NCBI GenBank assembly: GCA_963822585.1
Contig: CAWGIE010000047.1
Span: forward strand, 96,001-160,000
Length of the DNA stretch: 64,000 nucleotides
Reading direction: 5' to 3'
Origin: an uncultured bacterium
GTDB taxonomy: Bacteria; Auribacterota; Erginobacteria; Erginobacterales; Erginobacteraceae
The notes below the pieces were generated by a model. It saw nothing but the letters and a program-made list of their open reading frames with translations. It was not told where the DNA came from and made no database searches. Positions 20,082 to 31,900 of the stretch are shown piece by piece; position 1 is the stretch's first letter, and each line of letters starts with the position of its first letter. The position numbers were made by a program, and so were the translations under genes.

Positions 20082-20825
20082 ATGAAACAAGGAGACAAAC
20101 CGGCGCTGGTAGGGATTGTTCCCCGCAAGGAGCTGTGGCCGATTATCCGTAAAGAGCGCTGGTATCACATCCCGGTTGCCTCCGCTCCCTCAACCATCAA
20201 GACTATCCGCTATCTGGCCTTTTATTTTCCTGCCGTCTTTGGCAAAGAGTTTCAATATAAGGTGTTCTACTACTCGCCGGTCCGGGGAATAGCTATCGTA
20301 AAACGGATTCAGCTTTTCCCCGATGAGCCTCACCATCCCCGCGCAAACCAGGATTACTATAAGCTTCTCTTGGGAGGGATATATAAACTTCCCCGACCTA
20401 TTCCCAGCAAACGGTTGCGGAGAATAGTTCATATCCCGTCAACATACGGAAAACTCATGGGCGCCCATGAGATCAATGACCTCTATGAGACCAGCCCTCT
20501 GGAAGACGCATTGTATCAGGCCCTCAAACGAGTGAAGATCCAGCCCGAACGGCAGTTCTATGTAAAAGCAGGGGAGAAGATGTACTGTCTTGATCTCTGC
20601 GTCTTTTGCCAGGAACGGAACATCGATATCGAGTGTGACGGGGAGAGATACCACACACTTCCTGACGCACTTTCCCGGGACAGGGAAAGAAACAACGAAC
20701 TCGCCAGCCAAGGCTGGTCGGTCCTCCGTTTCACAGGCACGCAGATCAAAGAAAACCTGCCGGATTGCCTTAAACTGATCAATAAAACCATCCGCACCAA
20801 CGCCGGCCCGGCAGGTGTTGATTGA
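20082..20825 (+). CDS. DUF559/Vsr-like endonuclease with N-terminal PUA/EVE-like domain
   Basis: N-term LVGIV..WYHIP..YLAFY; C-term SPLE..Q..LD..IECDG..YH..DRER..L..GW.VLRF. Confidence 0.8.
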   Translation: MKQGDKPALVGIVPRKELWPIIRKERWYHIPVASAPSTIKTIRYLAFYFPAVFGKEFQYKVFYYSPVRGIAIVKRIQLFPDEPHHPRANQDYYKLLLGGIYKLPRPIPSKRLRRIVHIPSTYGKLMGAHEINDLYETSPLEDALYQALKRVKIQPERQFYVKAGEKMYCLDLCVFCQERNIDIECDGERYHTLPDALSRDRERNNELASQGWSVLRFTGTQIKENLPDCLKLINKTIRTNAGPAGVD

Positions 20826-21012
20826 CCTGAGCTATTAATTGAATTTCCGGAGAAAGAGTCTCCGGGAACTGGGAGAGGAACTGGGAGGAATAAGCGCCGG
20901 CGGTTTAACGCATACTCATCAGCGGATACAGAAAAAAATGAAGAAGGATTAAAAACTTTCTCGCCGGGTAACCCGGATTTATCAAGAGATAATCAGTCAA
21001 TAGTCTGACCCT

Positions 21013-21963
21013 ATGAAAAAAGAGAATTGTACAATATGCGGGCAGAAAAAGGGTAAGCGCATGTGCGTGTTGCGTGGCCGGAGAATGATTTGCACATTAT
21101 GTTGTGCTGAATTACGAAATCCGGATTGTGGGGAGTGTCCGCATTACGAGGCGTCGCAAAGATATGCCAGGTCAAAAACAGCCACGCATCAACCGGGGCA
21201 TTTTATCGTGGAGATTGATCCGGAAGTTGAGGAGGCCGTAGACCGTGCGCTGGCGCTGGTTGAACAAGGGAAGCTAAAAGTAGGAGAGGCGATTATCTCC
21301 GAACTAAAGGAAGATCACCCGGAAAATCACATGGTAAATTACGCGATGGGCGTCGTGCATGGTTTGAAGGGTGAGCACGACGAGGCCATCGAATATCTCG
21401 ATAAAGCCGTTTCCATTTTCCCCTATTTTATTGAAGCCCACTTCAATAAGGCTGTCGCCTACAAGTCAAAATTTGATTTGTTAAACACAATAAAATCATT
21501 TCGGCGAGTTGTGGAGCTGGGTGAGCCCGGAGACGATCTTGTCCGACAGGCTCAGAATCTTATCAGCGACATGGAGCGAAGCATAAAAAAAACGGATGGG
21601 ATAGATCTGGATTCATATATTGAATGCGGTGAGATGTTTAATGAGGCGTGTTCCTTGATGGAAAAACGGGAATGGAAGAAAGCTATTGCCGGGTTCCATG
21701 CTTGTTTACGCACAAGCAAAAGACATGTTCAGAGTTACGGGAATTTGGGGATTTGTTACGCGCAAATAGGCCAAAAGGAACCGGCCATCAGAGCCCTTGA
21801 TAAAGCGATCCAGTTGGACCCAACCTATGAACCAGCATTAACTAATCGGATGATAATCGAGGCCCTTGATGAGGGAGAACAATTGGGGAGGGAAGTTGAA
21901 ATTGTTGAGTATTACACGGAACGGTTTCTAAATAGGAGAAAAGACAGGCTTACCCCCGAATAA
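21013..21963 (+). CDS. TPR protein with N-terminal Cys-rich Zn-binding domain
   Basis: CxxC..C..CxxCC..CxxC; TPR motifs AHFNKA and SYGNLGICY..A..AIQLDP. Confidence 0.85.
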   Translation: MKKENCTICGQKKGKRMCVLRGRRMICTLCCAELRNPDCGECPHYEASQRYARSKTATHQPGHFIVEIDPEVEEAVDRALALVEQGKLKVGEAIISELKEDHPENHMVNYAMGVVHGLKGEHDEAIEYLDKAVSIFPYFIEAHFNKAVAYKSKFDLLNTIKSFRRVVELGEPGDDLVRQAQNLISDMERSIKKTDGIDLDSYIECGEMFNEACSLMEKREWKKAIAGFHACLRTSKRHVQSYGNLGICYAQIGQKEPAIRALDKAIQLDPTYEPALTNRMIIEALDEGEQLGREVEIVEYYTERFLNRRKDRLTPE

Positions 21964-22033
21964 ATTGTCAACGGTTGAAAGCCGGAGGCGCCTTTCAACA
22001 ATTGCCGGCGGAGTTGCCCTTGGCCGAGGGAAA

Positions 22034-22468
22034 ATGACCGAACCAGAGAACATACAGGACGCGATCGCGAAATACGGCGCGGAAAGGCTGACCGAACTCA
22101 TCCTGGCGAAATTAGGACCGGAATTGGCCAGGAAGTTCAATGAGGTCGACCTGGACACCGAGGGGATCATCCGATATATGCCCCTGGGTCAGGAGATCAG
22201 AAAGGCCAGGGCGGGAAAGCGGTTGAGCATCAAGGAAGCTTCCGCGGCCTTGAAGATCCCCCAGTACAGGATAAAAGCGATTGAAGAAGGCCACTTTTCA
22301 CAGATCGATCCGGAATTATTCAAGATTTACGCGAGCTTTCTGGGAATCGGAGATTACGTTAAAACCTGGTCCGGGGAAAACACCGAACTCGCGGAAAAGC
22401 TGGGAATAAGCGGCCGGAAAGAGAAGCTGCCGCCCCGACGCTTCCGATCGCGTAAACGCGGCGGATAA
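22034..22468 (+). CDS. XRE-type HTH protein
   Basis: LGQEIRKAR..LSIKEAS..LKI..IKAIEEG..YASFLG; ATG at 22034. Confidence 0.75.
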   Translation: MTEPENIQDAIAKYGAERLTELILAKLGPELARKFNEVDLDTEGIIRYMPLGQEIRKARAGKRLSIKEASAALKIPQYRIKAIEEGHFSQIDPELFKIYASFLGIGDYVKTWSGENTELAEKLGISGRKEKLPPRRFRSRKRGG

Positions 22469-22538
22469 GGAAACACATTGAGCCGCTGCCGATTCGGCTT
22501 CAAGGCAATAAACGTTCGGCCATTGCCGGATTTTGACT

Positions 22539-22943
22539 ATGAGCGAACCGTTGATACCCGATGCGCTTTTTAACCCGTGCCCGGTGCACGATGGAGACGA
22601 ACTCTTCCCGAATGGGATTTTCGTATTCAATGTTACCAGGATGCTGGAGTATATCGGCAACAACCTTGCCGATGTCGATCCTGTCGAGGTCACCGTGAGC
22701 GATCTCGCCCAGGGATTATCGTCTCTGAAAGAGCTGTATGTGCAGTCCGTTGACATCAGTCGGCCGGTCGTGCTGGCGGAAATCTCGCCCGGACAGTACA
22801 ACCTGATTGGCGGGCATCACAGAGTCACGAAGGCGTCGCGCCAAGGGGTGAAGGCAATCCGAGCGTACAAACTGACGGTTCGGCAGCATAAAAAGGATCA
22901 GGGTCACACCCTAAATACTAAGTTTGAGGATAATTGGGAATAA
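22539..22943 (+). pseudogene. ParB/Srx-like protein, 3' end replaced by a MITE
   Basis: PVVLA..NLIGGHHRV.KA; last residues derive from the inverted repeat at 22897. Confidence 0.6.
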
Positions 22944-23104
22944 ACCGTGTTATCGTGTTGCGCACAAGTCATTGATAAAGATCAGTCAGCGGCTTAATAA
23001 TGTACATGAATGAATTGGAAAAGATCAGCAGAGAATAGGTCAATTGTGCCCGTGGAGGGCCAATCGCTCTACCTGGAACTTATTATTTAGGGTGTGACCC
23101 TGAT
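22897..23104. mobile_element. 208 bp MITE-like element with about 33 bp terminal inverted repeats
   Basis: ATCAGGGTCACACCCTAAATA(C/A)TAAGTT(TG/CC)AGG at 22897-22929 and inverted at 23072-23104. Confidence 0.8.
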
Positions 23105-23429
23105 TCTTCTCGAAGAGTTTCCGGAAGGCATTCTTGAAGTCCTCCCCCTCGATCAGGCCGAGTTTCTGCCCGGCCACGGACCCCATCAGGGTGAGGGCGA
23201 GGACATCTTTCTTCGAGAAGGGCAGGGGAGGGAGCCTGTACCCCGGCATCAGGGAGTAGCCCCCGTCCGGTCCGGCCCCAGCCCGGACGGGGAAGTCGCC
23301 GGAGAGGGCGTCGATATCCCGATAGATCGTCCGGACGCTGACCTCGAACCTGTCGGCCAAAGCCTGCGCCGTGACTTTTTTCTTATCATCAAGTGTGAGC
23401 AGAATCCCCAGCAGCCTGTCCGCGCGCAC
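23040..23429 (-). pseudogene. YafY/WYL-family regulator, N-terminal wHTH only
   Basis: RADRLL..VTAQALADRFEVSVRTIYRDIDAL..GPDGGY.L; RBS GGAGGTG; cut by the MITE before the WYL domain. Confidence 0.85.
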
Positions 23430-23836
23430 ATTCCACCTCCTGAGTAAACGCCAAATCTATTCTACCCTCCCTGACACCTACTGTCAGTATGAATAAATTA
23501 GGAGGACGGTCTTTACTTTTTAACTTTCTCGCTTTCGCGCGAAAGCGAGAAAGTGAATTAAGGCTTAGACTAAACAATTTCTAACGCAGCCTTCTGAAAA
23601 TCCCGGACGAAGGAGATCAGGTCATCATTTGAGCTGTTCACTTCCGAACCAAAGAGCCGCGGCCAGCCGTCAGCCGGAATCTCCCGGCCTCCCACTCCCT
23701 TATTGGACAAAAGAGGCTTTGCCTTATTTGTCCAACAAGAAACGAAGACAGATGCTCCATTTCTACCGCCGGGAAAGATTCCCCCTTTTTTAACTTTCTC
23801 TCTTTTCCTCACGAGGCGGACAGGCAAGAGCTTGGC

Positions 23837-24105
23837 GCACAGACAGGAATGTCTGTGCTACCTTGGCGGACAGAACCACCCTGACACACAGACAGGAATG
23901 TCTGTGCTACCTTGGCGGACAGAACCACCCTGGCGCACAGACAGGAATGTCTGTGCTACCTTGGCGGACAGAACCACCATGGCACACAGACAGGAATGTC
24001 TGTGCTACCTTGGCGGACAGAACCACCCTGACACACAGACAGGAATGTCTGTGCTACCTTGGCTCACCCCCCCGGCGCACAGACAGGAATGTCTGTGCTA
24101 CCTTG
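23837..24105 (-). repeat. GTAG-type REP cluster, 6 copies, period about 49 bp
   Basis: CACAGACA-GGAA-TGTCTGTG-CTAC tandem copies. Confidence 0.9.
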
Positions 24106-24551
24106 GGAGCGAAGCGCGAAAGCGAGAAAGGCCCGGCGGCGTCTATTGGCGATGAAATCGTATCTTTGCCGCAGCCGGAATTTCGTGGGGGGAGGGGGGA
24201 TGTGCTTTTAATATATGACAAAAATTGGGCCTGAATCCCTCGACAAATCAATAATTCAAGCTAAAATGTGCCACCCCGAAAAGCTTCACCTCGGGGCAGG
24301 CTGTGGCACATTTTTGTGTAAAAGAAGAACAGGGAATGTCAGAAAAAATCAGATCCACCTCTCAAATGATAAGTCTATGAAGTAGTTTCTCTCGAACCCC
24401 CAGGACCGACCGACAGAACCGAGTTATTCCCTGAGCCGGCGGCATTATCGACAACATTAAAAACGGTACAAATGGTACGAATCTCTCTTTATTTTTGTAC
24501 CGTAGTGAGTTATAATCCTCCTTAAATTAGAATTAGAACGGGAGATTCATC

Positions 24552-27500
24552 ATGATAAAACCTAATCCTTTTACCCCTCGATCCGGTCGGGAACCAAAAT
24601 CCTTTCAGGGGAGGAGAAACCAGATAGAAAACTTCAAGAAGCAAACATGCGGCAAGACCGGGTACCGGGAGGTTATCTTTAAACGTTTATCACTGGCGGC
24701 GCGCGCCGTGATAGTCGCGATAATCGCACTCCTTGTCCTTTTACCGGCGAGCCCGGCTCTCGCGGGAGTGGATTGGGCGGAGAACGGTGAGTTGCTGCTC
24801 GGATTTTCCTTCCTGAATCCGCAGAAGCCGGTCGTCGCGCCGATGTCCGACGGGGGAGCGGTCTTCGTGTGGGAGAACCTGGATGATAATAGTATTTACG
24901 CGACCAGGCTGGACGCCGACGGCAACGAGATGTGGTACTGGCCGGTGCGCGAGATAGCAGGTCTTGAAGCGTCGAATCCGCAAGTAGCCGTATTCGACGA
25001 CGACTCGATCGTGGTCACCTGGCAGGACAAACGCAACGGCAACTGGGACATCTACGCGCAGAGGATGTTATCCGACCACACCTGGGTATGGCCGGAAAAC
25101 GGAGTCGAGGTGCGCCGCCTGGCGGGGAGCGACGCGATCAACCCGCAGATCGTGCAAGGCACGTGGGGATCCACGATCACCTGGCAGGATACGCGCAACG
25201 GACAGTCCGACCTGTATGCCCAGCAGCTGGACCTGGATGGTAACCCGGCCTGGGCGGCAAACGGGATCGTGGTGCGGGGGGTCGCCGGCAGCGACGCCAC
25301 CGACGCGAAGATAGCCACCGACGACCAGGACGGCGCCATCCTTACCTGGGCGGACGGGAGGAACGCGGACATCGGCATCTACGCCCAGTGGGTGGATTCC
25401 GCGGGAACTCCGAGGTGGACTGCCAATGGCATCGAGGTTCGGGTCATGGTAGGCACCGCGGCGGCATCCCCCCAGATAGGGCCCGACGGGGAAGGGGGCG
25501 CGATCGTCACCTGGCAGGACAACCGCAACGTGCCCACCGGCGGGAACATCGACGTTTACGCGCAGAAGATCTATGACACGGGCGCGGTCGCCTGGACGGC
25601 CAACGGCGCACCGGTCCGCGTCATGACGGGCAGCGATTCCGGGAGCCCCGTGATAGCGACCGATGACAGTTCCCGGGCGATAGTCGCCTGGCAGGACAAC
25701 CGCAACGGCGTCCTGGATATCTATGCGCAGATGCTCAGCCCTTCCGATGGTTCGCCCATGTGGGCTTTAAACGGAGTCGGGGTGCGCGTGCTCACGGGCA
25801 GCGGCGACGCGCTGCCACCCGTCATCGCCACCGACGGCCAGGGAGGCGCGGTCATCGCCTGGCAGGACGAGCGCAACGGCGGGAACAAGGATATCTACGC
25901 CCAGAGAATAGACTCTGACGGCGCGCCGCTCTGGACCCCGGCGGAGGGAGTTCCGGTGCGGGTAGTAGCGGGGAGCGACACAGCCGACCCGTACATAGCT
26001 CCCGACGGCTGCGGCGGAGGTGTCATCGCCTGGCACGACGCTCGCGGCGGTGATTCCAGGCTCTACGCGCAGCGGGTCGTTAACGATGCACCGTCGGTGA
26101 CCGGCGTGGAACCGGACCATGGTTTTGACGACGACGTTACCTCCGTGACCGTTTCGGGCGACTGGTTCTATCCCGGTGCCCGGGTGGGGCTCTCGATGGG
26201 CGGGCAGACTGACATCGACGCGACCAACGTGAACGTCACCTCCAGAAACCAGCTCACCTGCGATATCTACCCGGATTTCGCCCAGCCGGGCATCTGGAAG
26301 CTCCACGTCACCAACACCGACGGGCAGACCAGCTCCGAAGACGTCGATTTCGAGATCGAGTATGCGGCCCCGCTCGTGAATTGGATAAACCCCAGCGTGG
26401 GGAACCAGGGCGAGGTCCCCCCCACCCTGGTAGTAGATGGCGCGCATTTCAGGGACGTGTCAACAACCATCGAGCTTCGCAAGGGCGCCGAGTTCATAGA
26501 GGCTACCGACGTCACCTTCAAAACCGTCAACGTTATGTGGGCCGACATCAAAATACCCAACGACGCGACACTCGGAAGCTGGGACTGCTATGTCAGGCAC
26601 AACGACACCATGAAGGACTTCACCCTATCCGATGCCTTCACCATGCGCCAACCACAGATCGATACGGTTACGCCTTCAGAAGGTTACGCGGACATTACCT
26701 ATCCCATATCGATCGCGGGCACGAACACGAATTGGACGATGACGACGCTCGAAGTGGACGCGGGCGAGGGAATAACGGTCAGTAATATCGCCTGCCTGGA
26801 CGACGGGCATCTTACCGCCGATTTCATCGTCTCTCAATACCCCGTGCCGGGGCCAAGGGACGTCACCGTTACCGCCGGCATCGTTCCGCAGCTGGTGACA
26901 CTGGGAGGCGGTTTTACCGTGATTCCCGCTTCCGTCACATGGTGCGAGCCAACTTCGGCGGTCCAGGGACAGACCATCAACGTTGACATCGTCGGGAGCC
27001 ACACCCACTTTGTGAACGGCGCCAGCTATGCCAGGCTCTCCGGTACCGGCGTCACCGTCAACTCAACAGTCGTGACGGACGTCACCCATGCCTGCGCCAA
27101 CATCACCATGGCGCCGGATGCCCCGATCGGCGAACGGGACGTCAACGTCTTCACCAATGGCGAAGTGCCCGCACCACTGGCGGGTGTCTTCACCGTCAAG
27201 TCCAGCGTTCCGATCACTCCCACTCCCTCGCCGACCCCACCACCATCTCCGACACCATCCGGGACACCTACGGTGACTCCATCTCCTACGACGACACCTT
27301 CGCCGACGCCGACATCATCTGTAACGCCCACGCCGTCCGTAACTCCAACCCCATCTCTGACCCCGATCCCCTGTGTCTCCCCGCTGATGGTGAAAGAGAT
27401 CGACTATATGGAGATCTTTGACCCCCGCGCGTCCGTTAATAACGGCTGGTTTATCCGGGGGCTGGATTGGCATAATGATACCGACTTCGGCTATATTCCC

Positions 27501-28688
27501 GACAAGTTCAACTTCTGGTTCGACGGCGGCTCGATGTCAGTCGAGAGCCAGGTGATGCTTCGTTTCGAGGAGCAGGCGGAGCCGATCGACATCCGGGATG
27601 GGGACAAGCTCCGGATCGGCTATGATACCTATTATTACATCGACGTCATCCTCCCTGCCGTAAGCGTGGACGGGACGGAACTCTACCTGGGCCTCAACGG
27701 GAACACGTATACCGACCTGGCACTCTGCGTTATCGCCAAGGGGTCTCCCCCGCCGACGCCCTCGGTCACGCCGTCTCCGCCTCCGTCGCCATCACCTACA
27801 GCAACACCGTTGGCCACCCCGTCTCCAACTCCATCCCGGAGACCTACGGTGGCTCCGACCGGTACACCAACGCCGAGGACGACAGCCACACCGCCTCCCC
27901 TATCTACGCCCACACCGACCTGCGGACCGACCGTGGCTCCGGCCCGGTACGTTATCGAGTCGGGAGACTATGACGGCGACGGAACGAGTGAGATCGCCAT
28001 CTTCCGGCCCGGTTCCGGTCTCTGGGCGATCCGGGGGTTAACGCGGACTTATTTCGGAGGGATTGCCGATCTGCCGGCCTCCGGCGATTACAATGGAGAC
28101 GGGATAACGGATATCGCGATTTTCCGGGAAAGCACCGGCCTCTGGGCGGTCCGGGGATTGAGCAGGGCATATTTCGGAACCGTGGGCGAGTTCCCGGTAC
28201 CGGGAGATTATGATGGTGACGGCAGTTGCGACATCACAATCTTCAATGACGTCTCCGGCCTCTGGGCGATCAGGGAGTTCACCCGGATCTATTTCGGGAC
28301 CGGGGGGGACCGGCCGATACCCGGCGACTACGATGGAGACAACACCCGGGAGATGGCCGTCTTCCGGCCCTTATCCGGCCTCTGGGCGGTCCGGGGGTTG
28401 ACCAGAACGTACTTCGGCGGTGATGACGACTGGCCCATTGCCGCGGATTACTCCGGCGACGGGAGCTGTCAAATCGGCATCTTCCGGCCCTGTACCGGTC
28501 TCTGGGCGCTGAGGGGATTGACCCGGAGCTACTTCGGAATATGCACCGATTGGCCCCAACCCGCCGACTATGACGGAAGCGGAGCTGACAGTATCGGCAT
28601 CTTCCGAGGAGCATCCGGACTGTGGGCGGTTCGTGGAGTCACCCGTCTCTACTTTGGAGGCAGCAGCGATATCCCGGTAACCAGATAG
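24552..28688 (+). CDS. Large secreted/surface protein: propeller-like repeats, IPT/TIG-like domains, Pro/Thr linkers and C-terminal FG-GAP/VCBS-like module
   Basis: Signal peptide ending PALA; repeated WQD.RNG..DIYAQ; C-terminal GDYDGDG..IAIFR..GLWA.RG.TR.YFG repeats. Confidence 0.88.
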   Translation: MIKPNPFTPRSGREPKSFQGRRNQIENFKKQTCGKTGYREVIFKRLSLAARAVIVAIIALLVLLPASPALAGVDWAENGELLLGFSFLNPQKPVVAPMSDGGAVFVWENLDDNSIYATRLDADGNEMWYWPVREIAGLEASNPQVAVFDDDSIVVTWQDKRNGNWDIYAQRMLSDHTWVWPENGVEVRRLAGSDAINPQIVQGTWGSTITWQDTRNGQSDLYAQQLDLDGNPAWAANGIVVRGVAGSDATDAKIATDDQDGAILTWADGRNADIGIYAQWVDSAGTPRWTANGIEVRVMVGTAAASPQIGPDGEGGAIVTWQDNRNVPTGGNIDVYAQKIYDTGAVAWTANGAPVRVMTGSDSGSPVIATDDSSRAIVAWQDNRNGVLDIYAQMLSPSDGSPMWALNGVGVRVLTGSGDALPPVIATDGQGGAVIAWQDERNGGNKDIYAQRIDSDGAPLWTPAEGVPVRVVAGSDTADPYIAPDGCGGGVIAWHDARGGDSRLYAQRVVNDAPSVTGVEPDHGFDDDVTSVTVSGDWFYPGARVGLSMGGQTDIDATNVNVTSRNQLTCDIYPDFAQPGIWKLHVTNTDGQTSSEDVDFEIEYAAPLVNWINPSVGNQGEVPPTLVVDGAHFRDVSTTIELRKGAEFIEATDVTFKTVNVMWADIKIPNDATLGSWDCYVRHNDTMKDFTLSDAFTMRQPQIDTVTPSEGYADITYPISIAGTNTNWTMTTLEVDAGEGITVSNIACLDDGHLTADFIVSQYPVPGPRDVTVTAGIVPQLVTLGGGFTVIPASVTWCEPTSAVQGQTINVDIVGSHTHFVNGASYARLSGTGVTVNSTVVTDVTHACANITMAPDAPIGERDVNVFTNGEVPAPLAGVFTVKSSVPITPTPSPTPPPSPTPSGTPTVTPSPTTTPSPTPTSSVTPTPSVTPTPSLTPIPCVSPLMVKEIDYMEIFDPRASVNNGWFIRGLDWHNDTDFGYIPDKFNFWFDGGSMSVESQVMLRFEEQAEPIDIRDGDKLRIGYDTYYYIDVILPAVSVDGTELYLGLNGNTYTDLALCVIAKGSPPPTPSVTPSPPPSPSPTATPLATPSPTPSRRPTVAPTGTPTPRTTATPPPLSTPTPTCGPTVAPARYVIESGDYDGDGTSEIAIFRPGSGLWAIRGLTRTYFGGIADLPASGDYNGDGITDIAIFRESTGLWAVRGLSRAYFGTVGEFPVPGDYDGDGSCDITIFNDVSGLWAIREFTRIYFGTGGDRPIPGDYDGDNTREMAVFRPLSGLWAVRGLTRTYFGGDDDWPIAADYSGDGSCQIGIFRPCTGLWALRGLTRSYFGICTDWPQPADYDGSGADSIGIFRGASGLWAVRGVTRLYFGGSSDIPVTR

Positions 28689-28699
28689 AAAACTTCAAG

Positions 28700-28927
28700 A
28701 AGAAAACAGGCGGCCAGACCAGGTACCAGGAGGTCCCAGTGGGAGCCAGGTCCCACTACACCTTCTTCGTACCCGACACCCTCGGGGTGGGTGAAGATGC
28801 GGCCCGCAACTTCTCAGACACGGTGGAGTGCACAAATAACAAGAGAATAATCGTCGAGCGCCCCATATACTTCAACTGCAACGGTGTGTGGACCGGGGGG
28901 GCTGACGTGGTGGGGTTTGAGCCCTGA
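28700..28927 (+). pseudogene. Orphan C-terminal fragment of a DUF5719-like surface protein
   Basis: ..FS.TVEC..IIVERPIYFN.NGVWTGG.DVVG.EP* with no start codon; family recalled, not searched. Confidence 0.55.
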
Positions 28928-28975
28928 GGGATGCGGGTCTTTATGCTTTGACCTTCGACCCTTTGGAGAAAGGAG

Positions 28976-31900
28976 ATGTCCCAGGTGAGAAAAAATAAAG
29001 CCTATCTGTCCACCGGTAGCGCGCATATTGAAAAGGCAAGATGGGTGATCGGCCTTGTCACGGCTATATTCGGAGCCCTCCTTCTCACATTAATCCTTCC
29101 ACCAGGTCCTGCTTCAGCGGCGCCACTGAACTGGTCAGACACCGAGCCGATTAGCTCTTCTCCCATCTGGAGCCTCGCCTGGGACGGTAATGACACCCTG
29201 TACGCCGGATGCAATAACGGCCACGTCTACCAGAATGTTTCGGGGGGAGGTTGGATCGACACCGGGGATACCGGCGGGGGGGTAGTCTGGAGCCTCGCCT
29301 GGGACGGCAATGACACCCTGTACGCCGGATGCAATAACGGCCACGTCTACCAGAACGTTTCGGGGGGAGGCTGGATCGACACCGGGGATACCGGCGGTGG
29401 GACGGTCTGGGGCCTCGCCCGGGACGGTACCGACACCCTGTACGCCGGGTGCGATAACGGCCACGTCTATTCCAGGACTGGAGGGGGAGGCTGGATCGAC
29501 ACCGGGGATACCGGCGGAGGGGCAGTCTATGGTCTCGCCTGGGACGGCAACGACACCCTGTATGCCGGAAGCAATAACGGCCACGTCTACCAGAACGTCT
29601 CGGGGGGAGGCTGGAACGACACCGGGGATACCGGCGGGGGGACAGTAAATAGCCTCGCCTGGGACGGCATAGGATGCCTCTATGCCGGATGCGATAACGG
29701 CCACGTCTATTCCAGGACTGGAGGGGGAGTCTGGAGCGACACCGGCGATACCGGCTGGGGAGCAGTCACTATCCTCGCCTGGGACGGCACCGACACACTG
29801 TACGCCGGAAGCAATAACGGTCACGTCTACCAGAACGTCTCGGGGGGAGGCTGGTGCGACATCGGGGATACCGGCGGTTGGGAAGTTCAGAATCTCGCCT
29901 GGAACGGCACCGATACCCTGTACGCCGGATGCAATAACGGCCAGGTTTATCAGCACCTCTCGGGGGGTGGCTGGAGCGACACCGGGGATACCGGTGGGGG
30001 GACAGCCAAAAGCCTCGCCTGGGACGGCACCGATACCCAGTACGCCGGATGCGGCAACGGCCACGTCTATTCCAGGACGGGAGGCGGAAGTTGGAACGAC
30101 ACCGGGGATACCGGCGGGGGGGCTGTTGAAAGCCTTGCCTGGGACGGCACCGATACCCTGTACGCCGGATGCACCAACGGCCGCGTCTATCAGAACGTCT
30201 CGGGGGGAGGCTGGGTTGATACCGGGGATACCGGCGGGGGGACGGTCTGGGGCCTCGCCTGGGACGGTACCGACACCCTGTACGCCGGATGCGGCAACGG
30301 CCACGTCTATTCCAGGACCGGGGGGGGAAGCTGGAGCGATATTGGGGATACCGGCGGAGGAGTAGTCTGGAGCCTCGCCTGGGACGGCACCGATACCCTG
30401 TACGCCGGAGGCGGCAACGGCCACGTCTATTCCAGGACTGGGGGGGGAAGCTGGAGCGATACCGGGGATGCCGGCGGGGGGGATGTCTTGAGCCTCGCCT
30501 GGGACGGCACCGACACCCTGTACGCCGGATGCCAATACGGCCACATTTATTCCAGGACTGGGGGGGGAGCCTGGAGCGATACCGGGGATACCGGCGGAGG
30601 GGTAGTCTGGAGCCTCATCTGGGGCGACAACGGCACTCTGTACGCCGGATGCGACAACGGCCACGTCTATCAGAACGTCTCGGGAGGCGGAAGCTGGAGC
30701 GATACCGGGGATACCGGAGGGGGGGTAGTCTGGAGCCTCGCCTGGGACGCCGCCCACACCCTGTATGCCGGATGCGATAATGGCCATGTCTATCAGGACG
30801 TCTGGGGAGCCTGGATCGACACCGGGGATAACGGCGGGGGCAAAGTCCAAAGCCTCGCCTGGGACGCCACCGGCACCTTGTACGCCGGATGCGAAAACGG
30901 CCACGTCTATTCCAGAACTGGAGGGGGAAGCTGGAGCGATACCGGGGATACCGGCGGGGGGACAGTCTGGAGCCTCGCCTGGGACGGCACCGATACCCTG
31001 TACGCCGGATGCGATAACGGCCACGTCTATTCCCGGACTGTAGGGGGAAGCTGGAGCGACATCGGGGATACCGGCGGAGGCAAAGTCCATAGCCTCGCCT
31101 GGGACGACGCCTACGACACCCTGTACGCCGGATGCGAAAACGGCCACGTCTATTACAGGACTGGAGGAGGAGGCTGGAGCGATATCGGGGATACCGGCGG
31201 GGGGACGGTCTGGAGTCTCGCCTGGAACGGTACCGACACCCTGTACGCCGGATGCGAAAACGGCCACGTCTATCATGAAGTTTGGGGACCCTGGGTCGAC
31301 ACCGGGGATACCGGCGGGGGTAAAGTCCATAGCCTCGCCTGGGACGCCAGCGGTACCCTGTACGCCGGCTGCGCTAACGGCCACGTCTATTCCAGGACTG
31401 GAGGGGGAAGCTGGAGCGATGCCGGGGATACCGGCGGAGGGGTAGTCTGGAGCCTCGCCGGGGACGGTACCGACACTCTCTACGCCGGATGCGATAGCGG
31501 CCACGTATATTCCATGACTGGAGGGGGAAGCTGGAGCGACACCGGGGATACCGGCGGGGAGGAAGTCTTGAGCCTCGCCTGGGGCGACAACGGCACTCTG
31601 TACGCCGGATGCGATAACGGCCACGTCTATCAGAACGTCTCGGGGGGAAGCTGGAGCGACACCGGGGATACCGGCGGGGGGGAAGTCTGGAGCCTCGCCT
31701 GGGACGGCACCGACACCCTGTACGCCGGATGCTGGGACGGATACGTCTATTCCGGGACCGGAGTGGGAAGCTGGGTCGATAACGGGGATAGCGGCGGGGG
31801 GGTAGTCTATGGTCTTGCCTGGGACGCGAGCGGCACCCTGTACGCCGGATGCGATAACGGCCACGTCTATTCCAGGACTGGATTGGGGAACTGGGTCGAC

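Noticed and set aside
23703..24234. ORFs with HRQECLCY / TDRNVCAT / QTGMSVL repeats (also 34.9, 41.6, 45.4, 54.2 and 56.7 kb)
   Set aside because: Translations of the REP in all frames, not proteins
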